From: Candidatus Woesebacteria bacterium GW2011_GWF1_31_35
GTDB taxonomy: Bacteria; Patescibacteriota; Microgenomatia; UBA8517
Assembly: GCA_001029755.1 (NCBI GenBank)
Contig: CP011214.1
Location: forward strand, 65,754-129,753
Reading direction: 5' to 3'
DNA: 64,000 nt
Shown here: positions 48,009 through 57,198 of the stretch, in pieces
Numbering within the stretch: the first letter of the stretch is position 1
How the letters are laid out: every line of letters starts with the position of its first letter
Position numbers and translations under genes: made by a program
The notes under the pieces: model-generated
Databases searched by the model: none
The model's input: the letters and a program-made list of their open reading frames with translations, nothing else
What the model was told of the DNA's origin: nothing

Positions 48009-48142
48009 TATATCAAACTACATCAGTATCAATTTGTGAAACAGCCTTTTATAGTGTCTCATTTGTCTCGTTTAGCCTTGAAATGATACACTTAGCTTGC
48101 AGGGTTATAAGGATCTAATGGGTCTCGACCTGTATGCTCAGC
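48009..48142 (+). repeat. conserved about 133-nt non-coding element, copy 2
   Basis: See copy 1. The tandem 9-mers here are GTCTCATTT and GTCTCGTTT, at 48056..48073. Confidence 0.7.
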
Positions 48143-48302
48143 AAGTATATGCACCCCTAGTGACCCGGGTGCCTCGAATAGCCCGTGTTTTCCGTCTAAA
48201 GAGTCATTTTGGAAAGTGAGAATTATAACCATCACCTACCCTCAAAAATCCTTCGTTCGAATCCCTACTTTGTTTGAGTTTATGGGATATAATTGACTAG
48301 AT

Positions 48303-48821
48303 ATGATCAAAAAGCTTCTCAAAAACAGATATTTGATTGTCGGCGGGGTTCTTCTGGTTCTTGGGGTTTCAGTGTTTCTCCTGTCTGAGAAACAACCGAA
48401 TATGGATAATTTCAAAGCCCCAGGAAGGAGTTGGAACTCTTCCAAAAAAGTAGAGGACTATTTTATTGAAAAATTGAGAATGACCCCCCAAGAAGCATCT
48501 GAAATAAGATCAAAACCAGGAGTTGATGGAACTATTGATTTAAGGATAACCACAAATACCACTTTAGGTGGAGTTATTGGAAATCTTTATTATTATGGTT
48601 TCATTAGAGATGAAAATTCTTTCCGCTATGCATTAGATCACACAAAAGACACGACTCCCAGCGATAAGGCAATTAAAGTTGATGTAAATAAAACAATTGA
48701 CACTAATGCAGAATACAGGATTTCAGAAGAGATGAGTGCATGGCAAATTGCTGACATTTTATTAAATAGACCTTCCGGACATTTCGCTTTTGATGAATAT
48801 AATTATTTCTTTATGCCCTGA
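48303..48821 (+). CDS. membrane-anchored protein with MltG/YceG N-terminal-like domain (host-side paralog)
   Basis: It has an N-terminal TM and LYYYGFIRDENSFRYALDHTKD...SAWQIADILLN. The first 150 nt or so are GC-richer than the rest of the gene. Confidence 0.4.
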   Translation: MIKKLLKNRYLIVGGVLLVLGVSVFLLSEKQPNMDNFKAPGRSWNSSKKVEDYFIEKLRMTPQEASEIRSKPGVDGTIDLRITTNTTLGGVIGNLYYYGFIRDENSFRYALDHTKDTTPSDKAIKVDVNKTIDTNAEYRISEEMSAWQIADILLNRPSGHFAFDEYNYFFMP

Positions 48822-48916
48822 TTTTGTTAAAAGTATTACTCAGAAAATATCACTAATAATTTCCTAATTTGCTCCAAATGATCAATAAAATTAAAATCGT
48901 ATGTTAAAATCAGATA

Positions 48917-49426
48917 ATGCTTACAAAAGATGAAATAGATTTTCTAGAAAAAATTCCAGCAAATAAAAAAGTATATATTTATCTATTTAATCCTCAAATT
49001 ATTAAAATTGTCAGAAATTTAATCCAATTAATAAATAATTCCAATCCAGACCTAGAGATCAAACACATGGGATCTGCTGCATTAAAAATTTCAGGACAAA
49101 ATGATATCGATATTTATGCATTTTCAAATCCAAAAAATTTTAGTAAATATCTTCCCCAATTAATTAAACTTTTTGGAGAACCACTTCATAGACATGAGAC
49201 ATTCATTGAATGGAAATTTAAAAAAGATAAGTTTGACATTGAATTTTATTTAACTTCTAAAAATTCGGAGACAATGAAAAAACAAATTAAAGTTTTCGAA
49301 ATACTTAAAAAGAATAAAAACATTCTTAATGAATATGAAAAATTAAAAGAATCAATGAATGGAAAACCATTTAAAGAATATCAAGAAAAAAAATATAATT
49401 TCTATCACAAAATTATAGATAATTAA
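48917..49426 (+). CDS. GrpB family nucleotidyltransferase-fold protein
   Basis: It has HMGSAALKISGQNDIDIY, the GrpB/UPF0157 signature. Confidence 0.6.
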   Translation: MLTKDEIDFLEKIPANKKVYIYLFNPQIIKIVRNLIQLINNSNPDLEIKHMGSAALKISGQNDIDIYAFSNPKNFSKYLPQLIKLFGEPLHRHETFIEWKFKKDKFDIEFYLTSKNSETMKKQIKVFEILKKNKNILNEYEKLKESMNGKPFKEYQEKKYNFYHKIIDN

Positions 49427-49501
49427 ACTTAATAATTTATTCCAAAAATAGTTCCAAGTGATCAGACAAAAAAATATTAATGCTACAATATAGAATAGAC
49501 A

Positions 49502-49666
49502 ATGTCTTCAAAATCAATAATTATGTTAGGAATGGTTACAGGATCAATTATTGGTGGATATATACCTACAATTTTTGGAGTAACATTTTTATCAATGTGG
49601 TCCCTTTTTGGAAGTTTTATCGGAGGAATTCTTGGCATCTGGATTACCTATAAACTAGTTATCTAA
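49502..49666 (+). CDS. small two-TM membrane protein (54 aa, below ORF-track cutoff)
   Basis: A hand-translated ORF: MSSKSIIMLGMVTGSIIGGYIPTIFGVTFLSMWSLFGSFIGGILGIWITYKLVI. It ends 1 nt before the next gene. Confidence 0.3.
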   Translation: MSSKSIIMLGMVTGSIIGGYIPTIFGVTFLSMWSLFGSFIGGILGIWITYKLVI

Positions 49667-49667
49667 T

Positions 49668-50141
49668 ATGATTTATTATTTATTTCGTCATGGCCAAACC
49701 TTTTTTTCAAAATATCACCTTAAATATGGAAAAAAGAACGACACGGCAGAAATTATTCCTGAAGGTATACCAAAAATTATAAATATTGCTACAAAATTAA
49801 AAGAAGAGAAAGTTAAAGTTATTTATTCTTCCCCTATTAAAAGATGTGTTCAGACAGTGGAAATTATCAAAAAAGAATTCCCAACTATAAAAATCATTTA
49901 TTATCAGAATCTTGAGGAAGAGAAAGTATCAAGAGGTTTGGAAACATTTAAAGACCAAACCGAAAGAATTAAAAAATTTTTAGATGAAATTAAAGAAAAA
50001 AAACTTGAAAAAGTTGCAATTTGTTCTCATGGATGGCCAATTGCGGTAATGATTGCACTTCTTAAAAATAAACATGTTAATAGACTAAGTCTATTAAACT
50101 ATCCAAAATGTGGTGTAATAGTCACAATTGATGCTAGATAA
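49668..50141 (+). CDS. histidine phosphatase family protein (phosphoglycerate mutase-like)
   Basis: It has the N-terminal LFRHGQT (RHG catalytic motif) and a downstream His. Confidence 0.6.
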   Translation: MIYYLFRHGQTFFSKYHLKYGKKNDTAEIIPEGIPKIINIATKLKEEKVKVIYSSPIKRCVQTVEIIKKEFPTIKIIYYQNLEEEKVSRGLETFKDQTERIKKFLDEIKEKKLEKVAICSHGWPIAVMIALLKNKHVNRLSLLNYPKCGVIVTIDAR

Positions 50142-50385
50142 ATTTATGTATTTTGTTTACATTTTGGAATGTATAGACGGAAGCTATTACACAGGTTCTA
50201 CAAACGATATTACAAAAAGATTTAAAAATCATATCAATGGCAAAGGTGGAAGATATACAAGAAGTCATAAACCTATAAAGGTTATTTATAAAGAAAACTT
50301 TAAAACAAAGTCAGATGCTTTAAAACGAGAAGTTCAAATTAAAAAACTTAATAAAAAAGAAAAATTAATATTAATAAATACTTGA
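50128..50385 (+). CDS. GIY-YIG nuclease domain protein (UPF0213/YhbQ-like)
   Basis: It has YFVYILECIDGSYYTGSTNDITKRFKNH and a conserved R/E downstream. Confidence 0.75.
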   Translation: MMLDKFMYFVYILECIDGSYYTGSTNDITKRFKNHINGKGGRYTRSHKPIKVIYKENFKTKSDALKREVQIKKLNKKEKLILINT

Positions 50386-50419
50386 ATTATTATCTTCTTA
50401 AAGAATATAATAAACATAT

Positions 50420-50638
50420 ATGAATTTTAAATGGTTTGAAGGCTTAGAATTGTTACTATTAATTCCATTTTTGGTATTTGATTTAATTTTAAGAGGAATC
50501 GCCCTTTGGAAATCAGCCAAAAGTGGTCAAAAGGTTTGGTTTGTTGCTCTTTTAATCGTAAATTCAATTGGAATCTTACCTTTAATTTATTTATTACTTC
50601 AACACTGTTGTCCAACACCTTCTAATAAGAAAAAGTAA
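50420..50638 (+). CDS. small membrane protein
   Basis: A 72-aa protein with two hydrophobic helices. Confidence 0.3.
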   Translation: MNFKWFEGLELLLLIPFLVFDLILRGIALWKSAKSGQKVWFVALLIVNSIGILPLIYLLLQHCCPTPSNKKK

Positions 50639-50666
50639 CTCAAAGTTGTAAATCCTATAGTAGCAA

Positions 50667-50695
50667 TTGACATTAGTGTATATTGCTGTTACTAT
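50667..50695 (+). promoter_or_regulatory. candidate sigma70 promoter TTGACA-N17-TACTAT upstream of DEAD-box helicase gene
   Basis: It has a consensus -35 and a 4/6 -10 with 17-nt spacing. It would give a roughly 70-nt leader. Confidence 0.3.
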
Positions 50696-50772
50696 ATTGA
50701 AATCGATTCGAAAGACTGCTTTAAGTTCTAATCCACTTTTAGATGGTTTCTCCAATTGAGACAATTTAATTT

Positions 50773-51999
50773 ATGTACAAACAATTTAACAGTAGATCTC
50801 GTGGTGACCGTGGAAATTTTCAATCCAGGGGGAGTTTTCGTGCACAAAGAAAAGGTTTTGGAGGCAGAAGATCAGGAGCCGGTAGAGTTGCAAAATTTTT
50901 TGACCCTACTAGTGTAATTTTCTCTCAAAAAACTTCAAGTACTGTAATTGAAAAATATATAAATATAAATTCGTTTTCTGATTTTAAAATTGACGAAAAA
51001 TTAAAAAGAAATGTATTAGACAGACATTATGGTGCCCCCACACCTATTCAAGATCAATCAATTCCACAAATACTAGAAAACAAAGATTTAATTGGAATTG
51101 CAAATACCGGAACAGGTAAAACAGCAGCCTTTTTAATTCCACTTTTAGATAAAGTTATAAAAGATAGATCCCAAAAAGTATTAATTGTTGCTCCAACCAG
51201 AGAACTTGCGTCCCAAATTAGAGATGAATTTTTTACATTCTCTAGAGGACTTGGAATCTTTTCTGCACTTTGCATTGGTGGAGAAAATATTAATAGACAA
51301 AAACAGGAACTTCGAAGAAATCCCAATTTTATAATAGGAACACCAGGAAGACTTTTGGATCATGTGGATTCAAGAAGTTTAAGACTTGATGATTGCGCTT
51401 CAGTTGTACTAGACGAAGCAGATCATATGGTAGACATTGGATTTTTAAAAGATATTAAATACATAATTTCCCTTCTTCCTAGAGTTAGACAATCATTATT
51501 TTTCTCAGCAACAATTGATGGAAAAGTAAAAGAAGTTTTAAATAGTTTTGTCAAAGATCCTGTTACTGTTTCTGTAAAAACTAGAGATACTGCAGAAAAT
51601 GTTAAACAAGAAGTAATTAAGGTTGGACATCAAGGTCAAAAAATAAACATGCTTCATGAACTTTTAATTAAACAGGAATTTGAAAAAGTATTAATTTTTG
51701 CCAGAACAAAACATGGAGTACAAAATCTTTCCGATGAATTAATTAAAAGAGGATTTAAAGCTGATGCAATTCATGGAAATAAAAGACAAAGCCAAAGACT
51801 TAAAACGTTAGATAAATTTAAAAGAAGTTCTATTAATATTTTAATTGCAACTGATGTAGCCTCTCGTGGACTTGATATCCCTAATGTAAGTCATGTAATC
51901 AACTTTGACCAACCTGAAAGCTATGATACTTATATTCATAGAATAGGTAGAACCGGAAGAGCTGATAAAAGTGGTGTTGCCTTGACCTTTGTTTCTTAA
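50773..51999 (+). CDS. DEAD-box ATP-dependent RNA helicase with N-terminal RGG-like tail
   Basis: It has the Q motif, Walker A ANTGTGKT, DEAD (VLDEAD), SAT and HRIGRTGR, plus an Arg/Gly-rich N-terminus. Confidence 0.9.
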   Translation: MYKQFNSRSRGDRGNFQSRGSFRAQRKGFGGRRSGAGRVAKFFDPTSVIFSQKTSSTVIEKYININSFSDFKIDEKLKRNVLDRHYGAPTPIQDQSIPQILENKDLIGIANTGTGKTAAFLIPLLDKVIKDRSQKVLIVAPTRELASQIRDEFFTFSRGLGIFSALCIGGENINRQKQELRRNPNFIIGTPGRLLDHVDSRSLRLDDCASVVLDEADHMVDIGFLKDIKYIISLLPRVRQSLFFSATIDGKVKEVLNSFVKDPVTVSVKTRDTAENVKQEVIKVGHQGQKINMLHELLIKQEFEKVLIFARTKHGVQNLSDELIKRGFKADAIHGNKRQSQRLKTLDKFKRSSINILIATDVASRGLDIPNVSHVINFDQPESYDTYIHRIGRTGRADKSGVALTFVS

Positions 52000-52053
52000 A
52001 AAATAAATTTAATTTATAAAAATTAAATAGAAAAAATTTCTAACTAAGCTTTT

Positions 52054-53019
52054 TTATTTCGTAAAAATAATTGCATTAGGAATTGCTCTACCCGGACCAA
52101 CTTTATAACCCCCATACCAAAGCGCTGTTGAACCACCATTATCTAAATTCATTGCATTATCCATCCCCAAGGCTTTTAAAGCTATTGCACTTTCAGCAAC
52201 CGTCGCTGAGTGAACAACTCCAATATATACAGTGTTTCCCCTACTAGCTACAAAACTTCTTGACCCTTTACTTCCTTTTTTAGGATCACCATCCCCACCA
52301 AAGCTAATATTTCCATTAAAGACTAAAAGTGGATAATTCATTATTACTCCATTAACTCCAGTATCTCTTCCCCATTGGCTTGCAGCAGAAACAAATCTTA
52401 TATATCCAGATCCAAAAATAACTGCTGGATTTGTACTATAGACATTATTTCCAGAATTAAAATAATATTTATCTTTATTCATAACTAAAAGGTCAAAAGA
52501 ATTTTCTTTACCTACACAAGTTGAATAATCTTTAGGACAAAAATATGTTCCATTAACTCCTGCAAATCCACCATTTCTTGAAACATAATCAGAAAGGGAA
52601 AGAGCTGGACAATTACTACTACAATCAGAGGTAGATGCAGTATCAACTATTACACGAGTTGATCCAATATCCGCTGCAATCAAACTTATTGTAAATGTCC
52701 CCGAATCTGTTTTTACACTTTGTCTAGAATATCCTGCTCCAGGTGGAACATTATTAATAATTGGTACAGGAGTAGGAGCTCTTGTAGCTTTAACTGTTGC
52801 AGAAGTTGTTGGAGTAGTAGTAGGAATAATTGTAGGTGTAGCTGAAAGAGTTGGGGAAGGAGTAGCTATTAAAGTAGGAATTATTGAAACCAAAGCATTT
52901 TCATCAATCTTTTTTATTGGAAAAAATGCTGAAACAATAAAAATTACAATAAAAAGAGTAGAAGCTAAAATTGGAATTATTAAATCAATATATCCTTTAT
53001 CATTTTTATTCATAGGCAT
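52054..53019 (-). CDS. secreted phosphodiester glycosidase family (DUF2233) protein
   Basis: It has an N-terminal TM, a PT-rich linker, VNGTYF and a C-terminal NLDNGGSTAL, resembling the DUF2233 NLDGGGS signature. Confidence 0.45.
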   Translation of the reverse strand: MPMNKNDKGYIDLIIPILASTLFIVIFIVSAFFPIKKIDENALVSIIPTLIATPSPTLSATPTIIPTTTPTTSATVKATRAPTPVPIINNVPPGAGYSRQSVKTDSGTFTISLIAADIGSTRVIVDTASTSDCSSNCPALSLSDYVSRNGGFAGVNGTYFCPKDYSTCVGKENSFDLLVMNKDKYYFNSGNNVYSTNPAVIFGSGYIRFVSAASQWGRDTGVNGVIMNYPLLVFNGNISFGGDGDPKKGSKGSRSFVASRGNTVYIGVVHSATVAESAIALKALGMDNAMNLDNGGSTALWYGGYKVGPGRAIPNAIIFTK

Positions 53020-53040
53020 TTCTAGTATACTTCAAAACTA

Positions 53041-54600
53041 ATGGCAAATTTAAATATAAATGGAACTAATTTAGTTAAAGAAATTCTTTTAGCCAGTAAA
53101 TACAAGGAACAAGAAAAGGAAGAGGTCATAAAAACCACCAAAACAGCTTCAGCTTTAGCTTTTGTTTATGAAAAAGCTAGAAATGCTGTTGAATTTAGGG
53201 CAGACCATTTAATAAGACAGGCAGCAATTGAAAGAATACTTCGAAGGAGGCTTTTTTTGAATCAAGATAGTGAAAAAATCGCACTTTTATTAGTTAGGGA
53301 ACTTTCCTGGGCAAAATATTTAAATAAAGAATCAATTTCTTCTTCAAAGGTTACTCTACTCACCGGAATTATTGAAAAATACAGATTAGTTTTAAAATCT
53401 GCAGATCAAAACCTAAAAGATACTCTTGTTGGACTTTGTTCTTGCGAAATAGAAGAAAACGTAAGCTTTAATCCAATTAACCAAATACTTATTAATTTTG
53501 TATCCTCATCAATTTTACCTAGAATTGATTTTGGTGAAGATGACAAATCTACCAAAAGTATGCAAGTTTATATTGCCACTGAAAGAAGCTTTGCAAAAAA
53601 TAGCGAGATACTAATAAGTTTTAGATTATTAAAAGTATTAGACCCAGATTGGAAAGGACCTAAAGAAAGTCTTTTGGAAAATGATATCAGTAAACTTTTT
53701 CAAACCCTAACAATTATTGATAATCATCTAAATTATAAATATAAAGACTTATTACGTAGAAAAGTTACACAAATGACACCCCCATTTAATCTAATTCGAG
53801 AATTAGTTGAAAATTCACCAGAAAGTTTTGAAAAGATAACTTCAAATTTAAGTTTACTTGAAGAGAAAGCAACAGAAATATTGGAAATTAGATATAGACA
53901 GACTCAAGATAAAGTCATGAGAGCTTCAAAACGAAGCATTGTATATATATTTTTAACCAAAATGGTTCTAGCAATTTTAATTGAAGTACCGTTTGATATA
54001 TTTTTTGGAAAAGTAAATTATTTAGTACTCGGAATTAATATTATATTTCCCCCATCACTTATGTTTTTATTAAATTCAAGCGTTAGGCTTCCAGAAAAAA
54101 CTAATACCGATTTAATTATTGAAAAGGTAAATGAATATCTATATCTTAATGAAGAAGATCTAAAAACAGAAAAAGTTAAAACAATTTTATATAAAGGGAA
54201 GGCAGAAAAAGTTTTTTACTATACATTTTTATTTACATCCATATTGATACTATTAGGCCTCCTTTGGATTTTAAATTTGTTGCATTTTAATCCAATAAGC
54301 CAAATTATTTTTCTCTTCTTTTTGTGTGTTGTCTCATTTTTTGCATTTCGCGTTAGAGAGATATCAAAAGATTATCTGATTAAAGATAGTGAAAGAGAGT
54401 CTTTTTTTGAAACTCTTTTGGATTATTTATTTTTACCAATTGTAAAAATTGGGCAGTGGCTTTCAAACCAGATTGCAAAAATTAATATATTAAGTTTTAT
54501 ATTTGATTTTATTATTGAAGCTCCATTAAAAACCTTCTTGGAAATATTAGAGGATTGGCTTCATTTTGTGAGAGTCAAGAAGGAAGAGATCCTTAGTTAA
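53041..54600 (+). CDS. hypothetical protein with C-terminal multi-TM region
   Basis: A 519-aa protein with a soluble N-terminal 300 aa followed by about 4 TM helices. No motif was found. Confidence 0.4.
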   Translation: MANLNINGTNLVKEILLASKYKEQEKEEVIKTTKTASALAFVYEKARNAVEFRADHLIRQAAIERILRRRLFLNQDSEKIALLLVRELSWAKYLNKESISSSKVTLLTGIIEKYRLVLKSADQNLKDTLVGLCSCEIEENVSFNPINQILINFVSSSILPRIDFGEDDKSTKSMQVYIATERSFAKNSEILISFRLLKVLDPDWKGPKESLLENDISKLFQTLTIIDNHLNYKYKDLLRRKVTQMTPPFNLIRELVENSPESFEKITSNLSLLEEKATEILEIRYRQTQDKVMRASKRSIVYIFLTKMVLAILIEVPFDIFFGKVNYLVLGINIIFPPSLMFLLNSSVRLPEKTNTDLIIEKVNEYLYLNEEDLKTEKVKTILYKGKAEKVFYYTFLFTSILILLGLLWILNLLHFNPISQIIFLFFLCVVSFFAFRVREISKDYLIKDSERESFFETLLDYLFLPIVKIGQWLSNQIAKINILSFIFDFIIEAPLKTFLEILEDWLHFVRVKKEEILS

Positions 54601-54885
54601 TAATTTAATTTCTTTTTTAATGATTTTTTTCATATCTTTTTTAGTTTTTTCATCTAAATATTCTAATAACTTTTCATCATATGGAGCATTGTGAAATTTC
54701 TCCAAAAATTCACAATGATGTTCACTAGGTAAATTATCTAAACAACATCCCAACACTTTATGATGAATTATTTCCTCAACTAATTGCCAAAATTCCTGTC
54801 TTTCTTCATTTGAAGAAGATATCTTTTTTATTTTTCTATCTATTTTGTCTAAAACAATTAATTTATCAAAAAATAATATACTCAT
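54547..54885 (-). CDS. hypothetical protein
   Basis: A 112-aa ORF coupled to 54882..55814. Confidence 0.3.
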   Translation of the reverse strand: MSILFFDKLIVLDKIDRKIKKISSSNEERQEFWQLVEEIIHHKVLGCCLDNLPSEHHCEFLEKFHNAPYDEKLLEYLDEKTKKDMKKIIKKEIKLLTKDLFLLDSHKMKPIL

Positions 54886-55814
54886 ATTTGTATTAAAGAT
54901 TCACTAGAAATATTTAACTTATTATATTCTACAGGACCTAAGGAAATTTTATTTTCTGGATCATCAATGAAAAAAATTAATACTGCCCCTTTTTTATAAC
55001 GTGGTCCTCCTAAATATTCCATAACTTCAGGACTTCCTCCAAAATGTTTACCTGTCCAAGCAGCGGGTCCTGAATCAGCAATTGAAGCAACAACACTATT
55101 ACCATTTTTTGTATTTACTATTAACACTTTTCTATATTTATACCAATCTCTTAAATATGGTTGTCGACTAGACCAATCAGGTAGATATAACGTTTGAACT
55201 ACTGCATACCATTTTTCAGTATCAACAAGATTGGTAGTTAATTCACCTTTTGAATGAGCAAAATAACCCCAAGCTCCAAGACCTGGAGCTATACCCTCTT
55301 TATAATAGGGACCATGGTTTTCCAAAATATCGCCAGGATATCTTTTCAAATGTTGTTCAGCTCCAATGTATCCATATGTAGTGTTTAAATGTTCTCCCTC
55401 AAGTGATGCTTTAGCTGGAATATTTGTAATATCTTTAATTAATTGTTCCAATCTTTTTTCTTCGTCACGAGCTAAAGGTCTGACAACTTCAGGTAACATA
55501 GATTTTAAATTATCTATTAATAATTTTTGAGGAATCTCTTGTGTTTTATTATCTTTCAAATTCTCAACACTTTTAATAATTTCTGAGGGAGTAGGAAGTT
55601 GTCCTGATCCAGTAGGGGGAGCTAAAAGAAGAGTTCCTGTTAAAGCTCCCGCCCCTATTAATCTTGCAGAATGTTGTCTAATTTTTCCAAGTTCAATGCC
55701 TTTTTCTAAGAAGAATTTGTGTGCTTCGGGGAACTTTTCCTTAAAACTATTTTGAACTTCAATATTTTTAAGTTTTAACTTCTCTCGAAAATTATCAGTG
55801 GCAGTATTTTTCAT
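54882..55814 (-). CDS. hypothetical secreted protein, possible 3D (MltA-like) domain
   Basis: It has a TM anchor. The C-terminal VASIADSGPAAWTGKHFGGSPEVMEYLG resembles 3D-domain Asp-containing motifs. Confidence 0.35.
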   Translation of the reverse strand: MKNTATDNFREKLKLKNIEVQNSFKEKFPEAHKFFLEKGIELGKIRQHSARLIGAGALTGTLLLAPPTGSGQLPTPSEIIKSVENLKDNKTQEIPQKLLIDNLKSMLPEVVRPLARDEEKRLEQLIKDITNIPAKASLEGEHLNTTYGYIGAEQHLKRYPGDILENHGPYYKEGIAPGLGAWGYFAHSKGELTTNLVDTEKWYAVVQTLYLPDWSSRQPYLRDWYKYRKVLIVNTKNGNSVVASIADSGPAAWTGKHFGGSPEVMEYLGGPRYKKGAVLIFFIDDPENKISLGPVEYNKLNISSESLIQI

Positions 55815-55826
55815 CTTTTTAATAAA

Positions 55827-57155
55827 TTATTCCATTTTATTAAGTCTTTTAATTGTTTCTTCCTTTCCTAAAATAATAATTGAATCATTAATAGGAGGCG
55901 TAAATTTAGTACCAGTTAAAGAAATTCTCAAACTCATAAAAAAATCTCCAATTTTAAAATTATTTTTGGTAACCTCATTCATTAAATCGCTATTTAAGGT
56001 TTCCAGATCCCAACCTTTTATATTTTTTAAAACTAAAAGAGCCGATTCTATGTGTTTTTTATAATCTATTCCAAACAATTTATTATCAACCTTAGGTTCT
56101 TCAAAGAAAAAATTAGCTAAAGAATCAAAATCTGATATTTTTTTAATTCTTTCTTTGACTAATTTTGTAATTTGAATTTTTTTATCTTTATCCATTTTCT
56201 TAAAATCAGAATTTTGAATTTCAAATTTTTTACATAAATTGCTATTAGAAATTTTTCGAATATATTCTCCATTAAACCAATCAAGTTTATCTCTATTAAA
56301 GATAGGGTTCGCTTTTTGAAACCCTAGTGGATCAAATAAATTAACAAATTCTTTTAAAGTAAACAATTCTTTGTTATCTTTTGGAGCCCAACCTAAAAGA
56401 ATAACAAAATTAAATAACGCTTCTGGAAGATAACCTTCGTTAATTAATCCATCAACTGAAGTACTTCCCTTTCTTTTTGACAATTTTCCCCCATCAGGAT
56501 CCATGATATCAGTTAAGTGCCCAATTTCAGGAACAGTAAATTCTAAATATTTGTAAACCAATAAATGTATCGGAGTTGAAGGCATCCAATCATGGCCTCT
56601 TAATGCATGAGATATTTTCATATCATTATCATCAACCACTACAGCTAAATGATACGTTGGAAAACCATCTGACTTAAGAAGTGTCGCATCTCCAACCGTT
56701 GAAGTATTCCAAGATATCTTCTTCTTTAAGACATAGTCAGTAAATTCTATATTTTCCTTATCAGGTACTTTAAGTTTTATGGCTCCACTTTTTAAATCTT
56801 TATCTCTACATGGATCTCTTAATTCCTTTGAAAATCCATCCTCTTTAGCATTTTTTGCTTCACACTGACAATAAAACGCGTGGCCATCAGAAACCAACTT
56901 CTTTGCAATTTTATTGTATATCTCTAACCTTTGAGATTGAACACAATATTCATCCCATTTAATATTAAAAATTTTTAAAAGTCTTTTAATATCCTCAACT
57001 CCACCCATCTTTTCTCTTTTTTTATCGGTATCTTCAATTCTTAAGATAAAATCTCCTTTATTGTGTTTTGCTAATGCGTAGGCATAAAAAGCAGTTCTTA
57101 AGTTTCCAATATGCATCGATCCAGTTGGACTTGGAGCAAATCGAGTTCGAATCAT
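55827..57155 (-). CDS. gltX: glutamyl-tRNA synthetase
   Basis: The class I signature PSPTGSMHIGNLRTA (HIGH) and KLSKRKGS (KMSKS) are present, at 442 aa. Confidence 0.9.
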   Translation of the reverse strand: MIRTRFAPSPTGSMHIGNLRTAFYAYALAKHNKGDFILRIEDTDKKREKMGGVEDIKRLLKIFNIKWDEYCVQSQRLEIYNKIAKKLVSDGHAFYCQCEAKNAKEDGFSKELRDPCRDKDLKSGAIKLKVPDKENIEFTDYVLKKKISWNTSTVGDATLLKSDGFPTYHLAVVVDDNDMKISHALRGHDWMPSTPIHLLVYKYLEFTVPEIGHLTDIMDPDGGKLSKRKGSTSVDGLINEGYLPEALFNFVILLGWAPKDNKELFTLKEFVNLFDPLGFQKANPIFNRDKLDWFNGEYIRKISNSNLCKKFEIQNSDFKKMDKDKKIQITKLVKERIKKISDFDSLANFFFEEPKVDNKLFGIDYKKHIESALLVLKNIKGWDLETLNSDLMNEVTKNNFKIGDFFMSLRISLTGTKFTPPINDSIIILGKEETIKRLNKME

Positions 57156-57198
57156 AATTGAATTGTATCATTTCACAGGTTAAACTTAAAAGTATTAT

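Larger units (their letters stand above)
33710..48142. mobile_element. about 14.5-kb integrated element (island 2) adjacent to tRNA-Gln
   Basis: GC rises abruptly right after the tRNA 3' end and falls again around 48.1-48.4 kb. The island carries a large serine recombinase, an RM pair, an XRE regulator, terL/terS-like/ParB-methyltransferase genes and a LexA-like repressor. It ends with the conserved 133-nt element. Confidence 0.6.

Noticed and set aside
27694-48142. The idea that the two 133-nt repeats are attL and attR of a single 20-kb element.
   Set aside because: The intervening 27.9-33.6 kb segment is host-like in GC and carries lon, a PAP2 phosphatase and dgkA. The GC shifts begin at the tRNAs instead. 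Serine recombinases also do not generate long target duplications.
48230-48270. A T-loop-like GTTCGAATCCC string suggesting a tRNA or tRNA fragment.
   Set aside because: No complementary T-stem, acceptor stem or anticodon arm could be folded on either strand.
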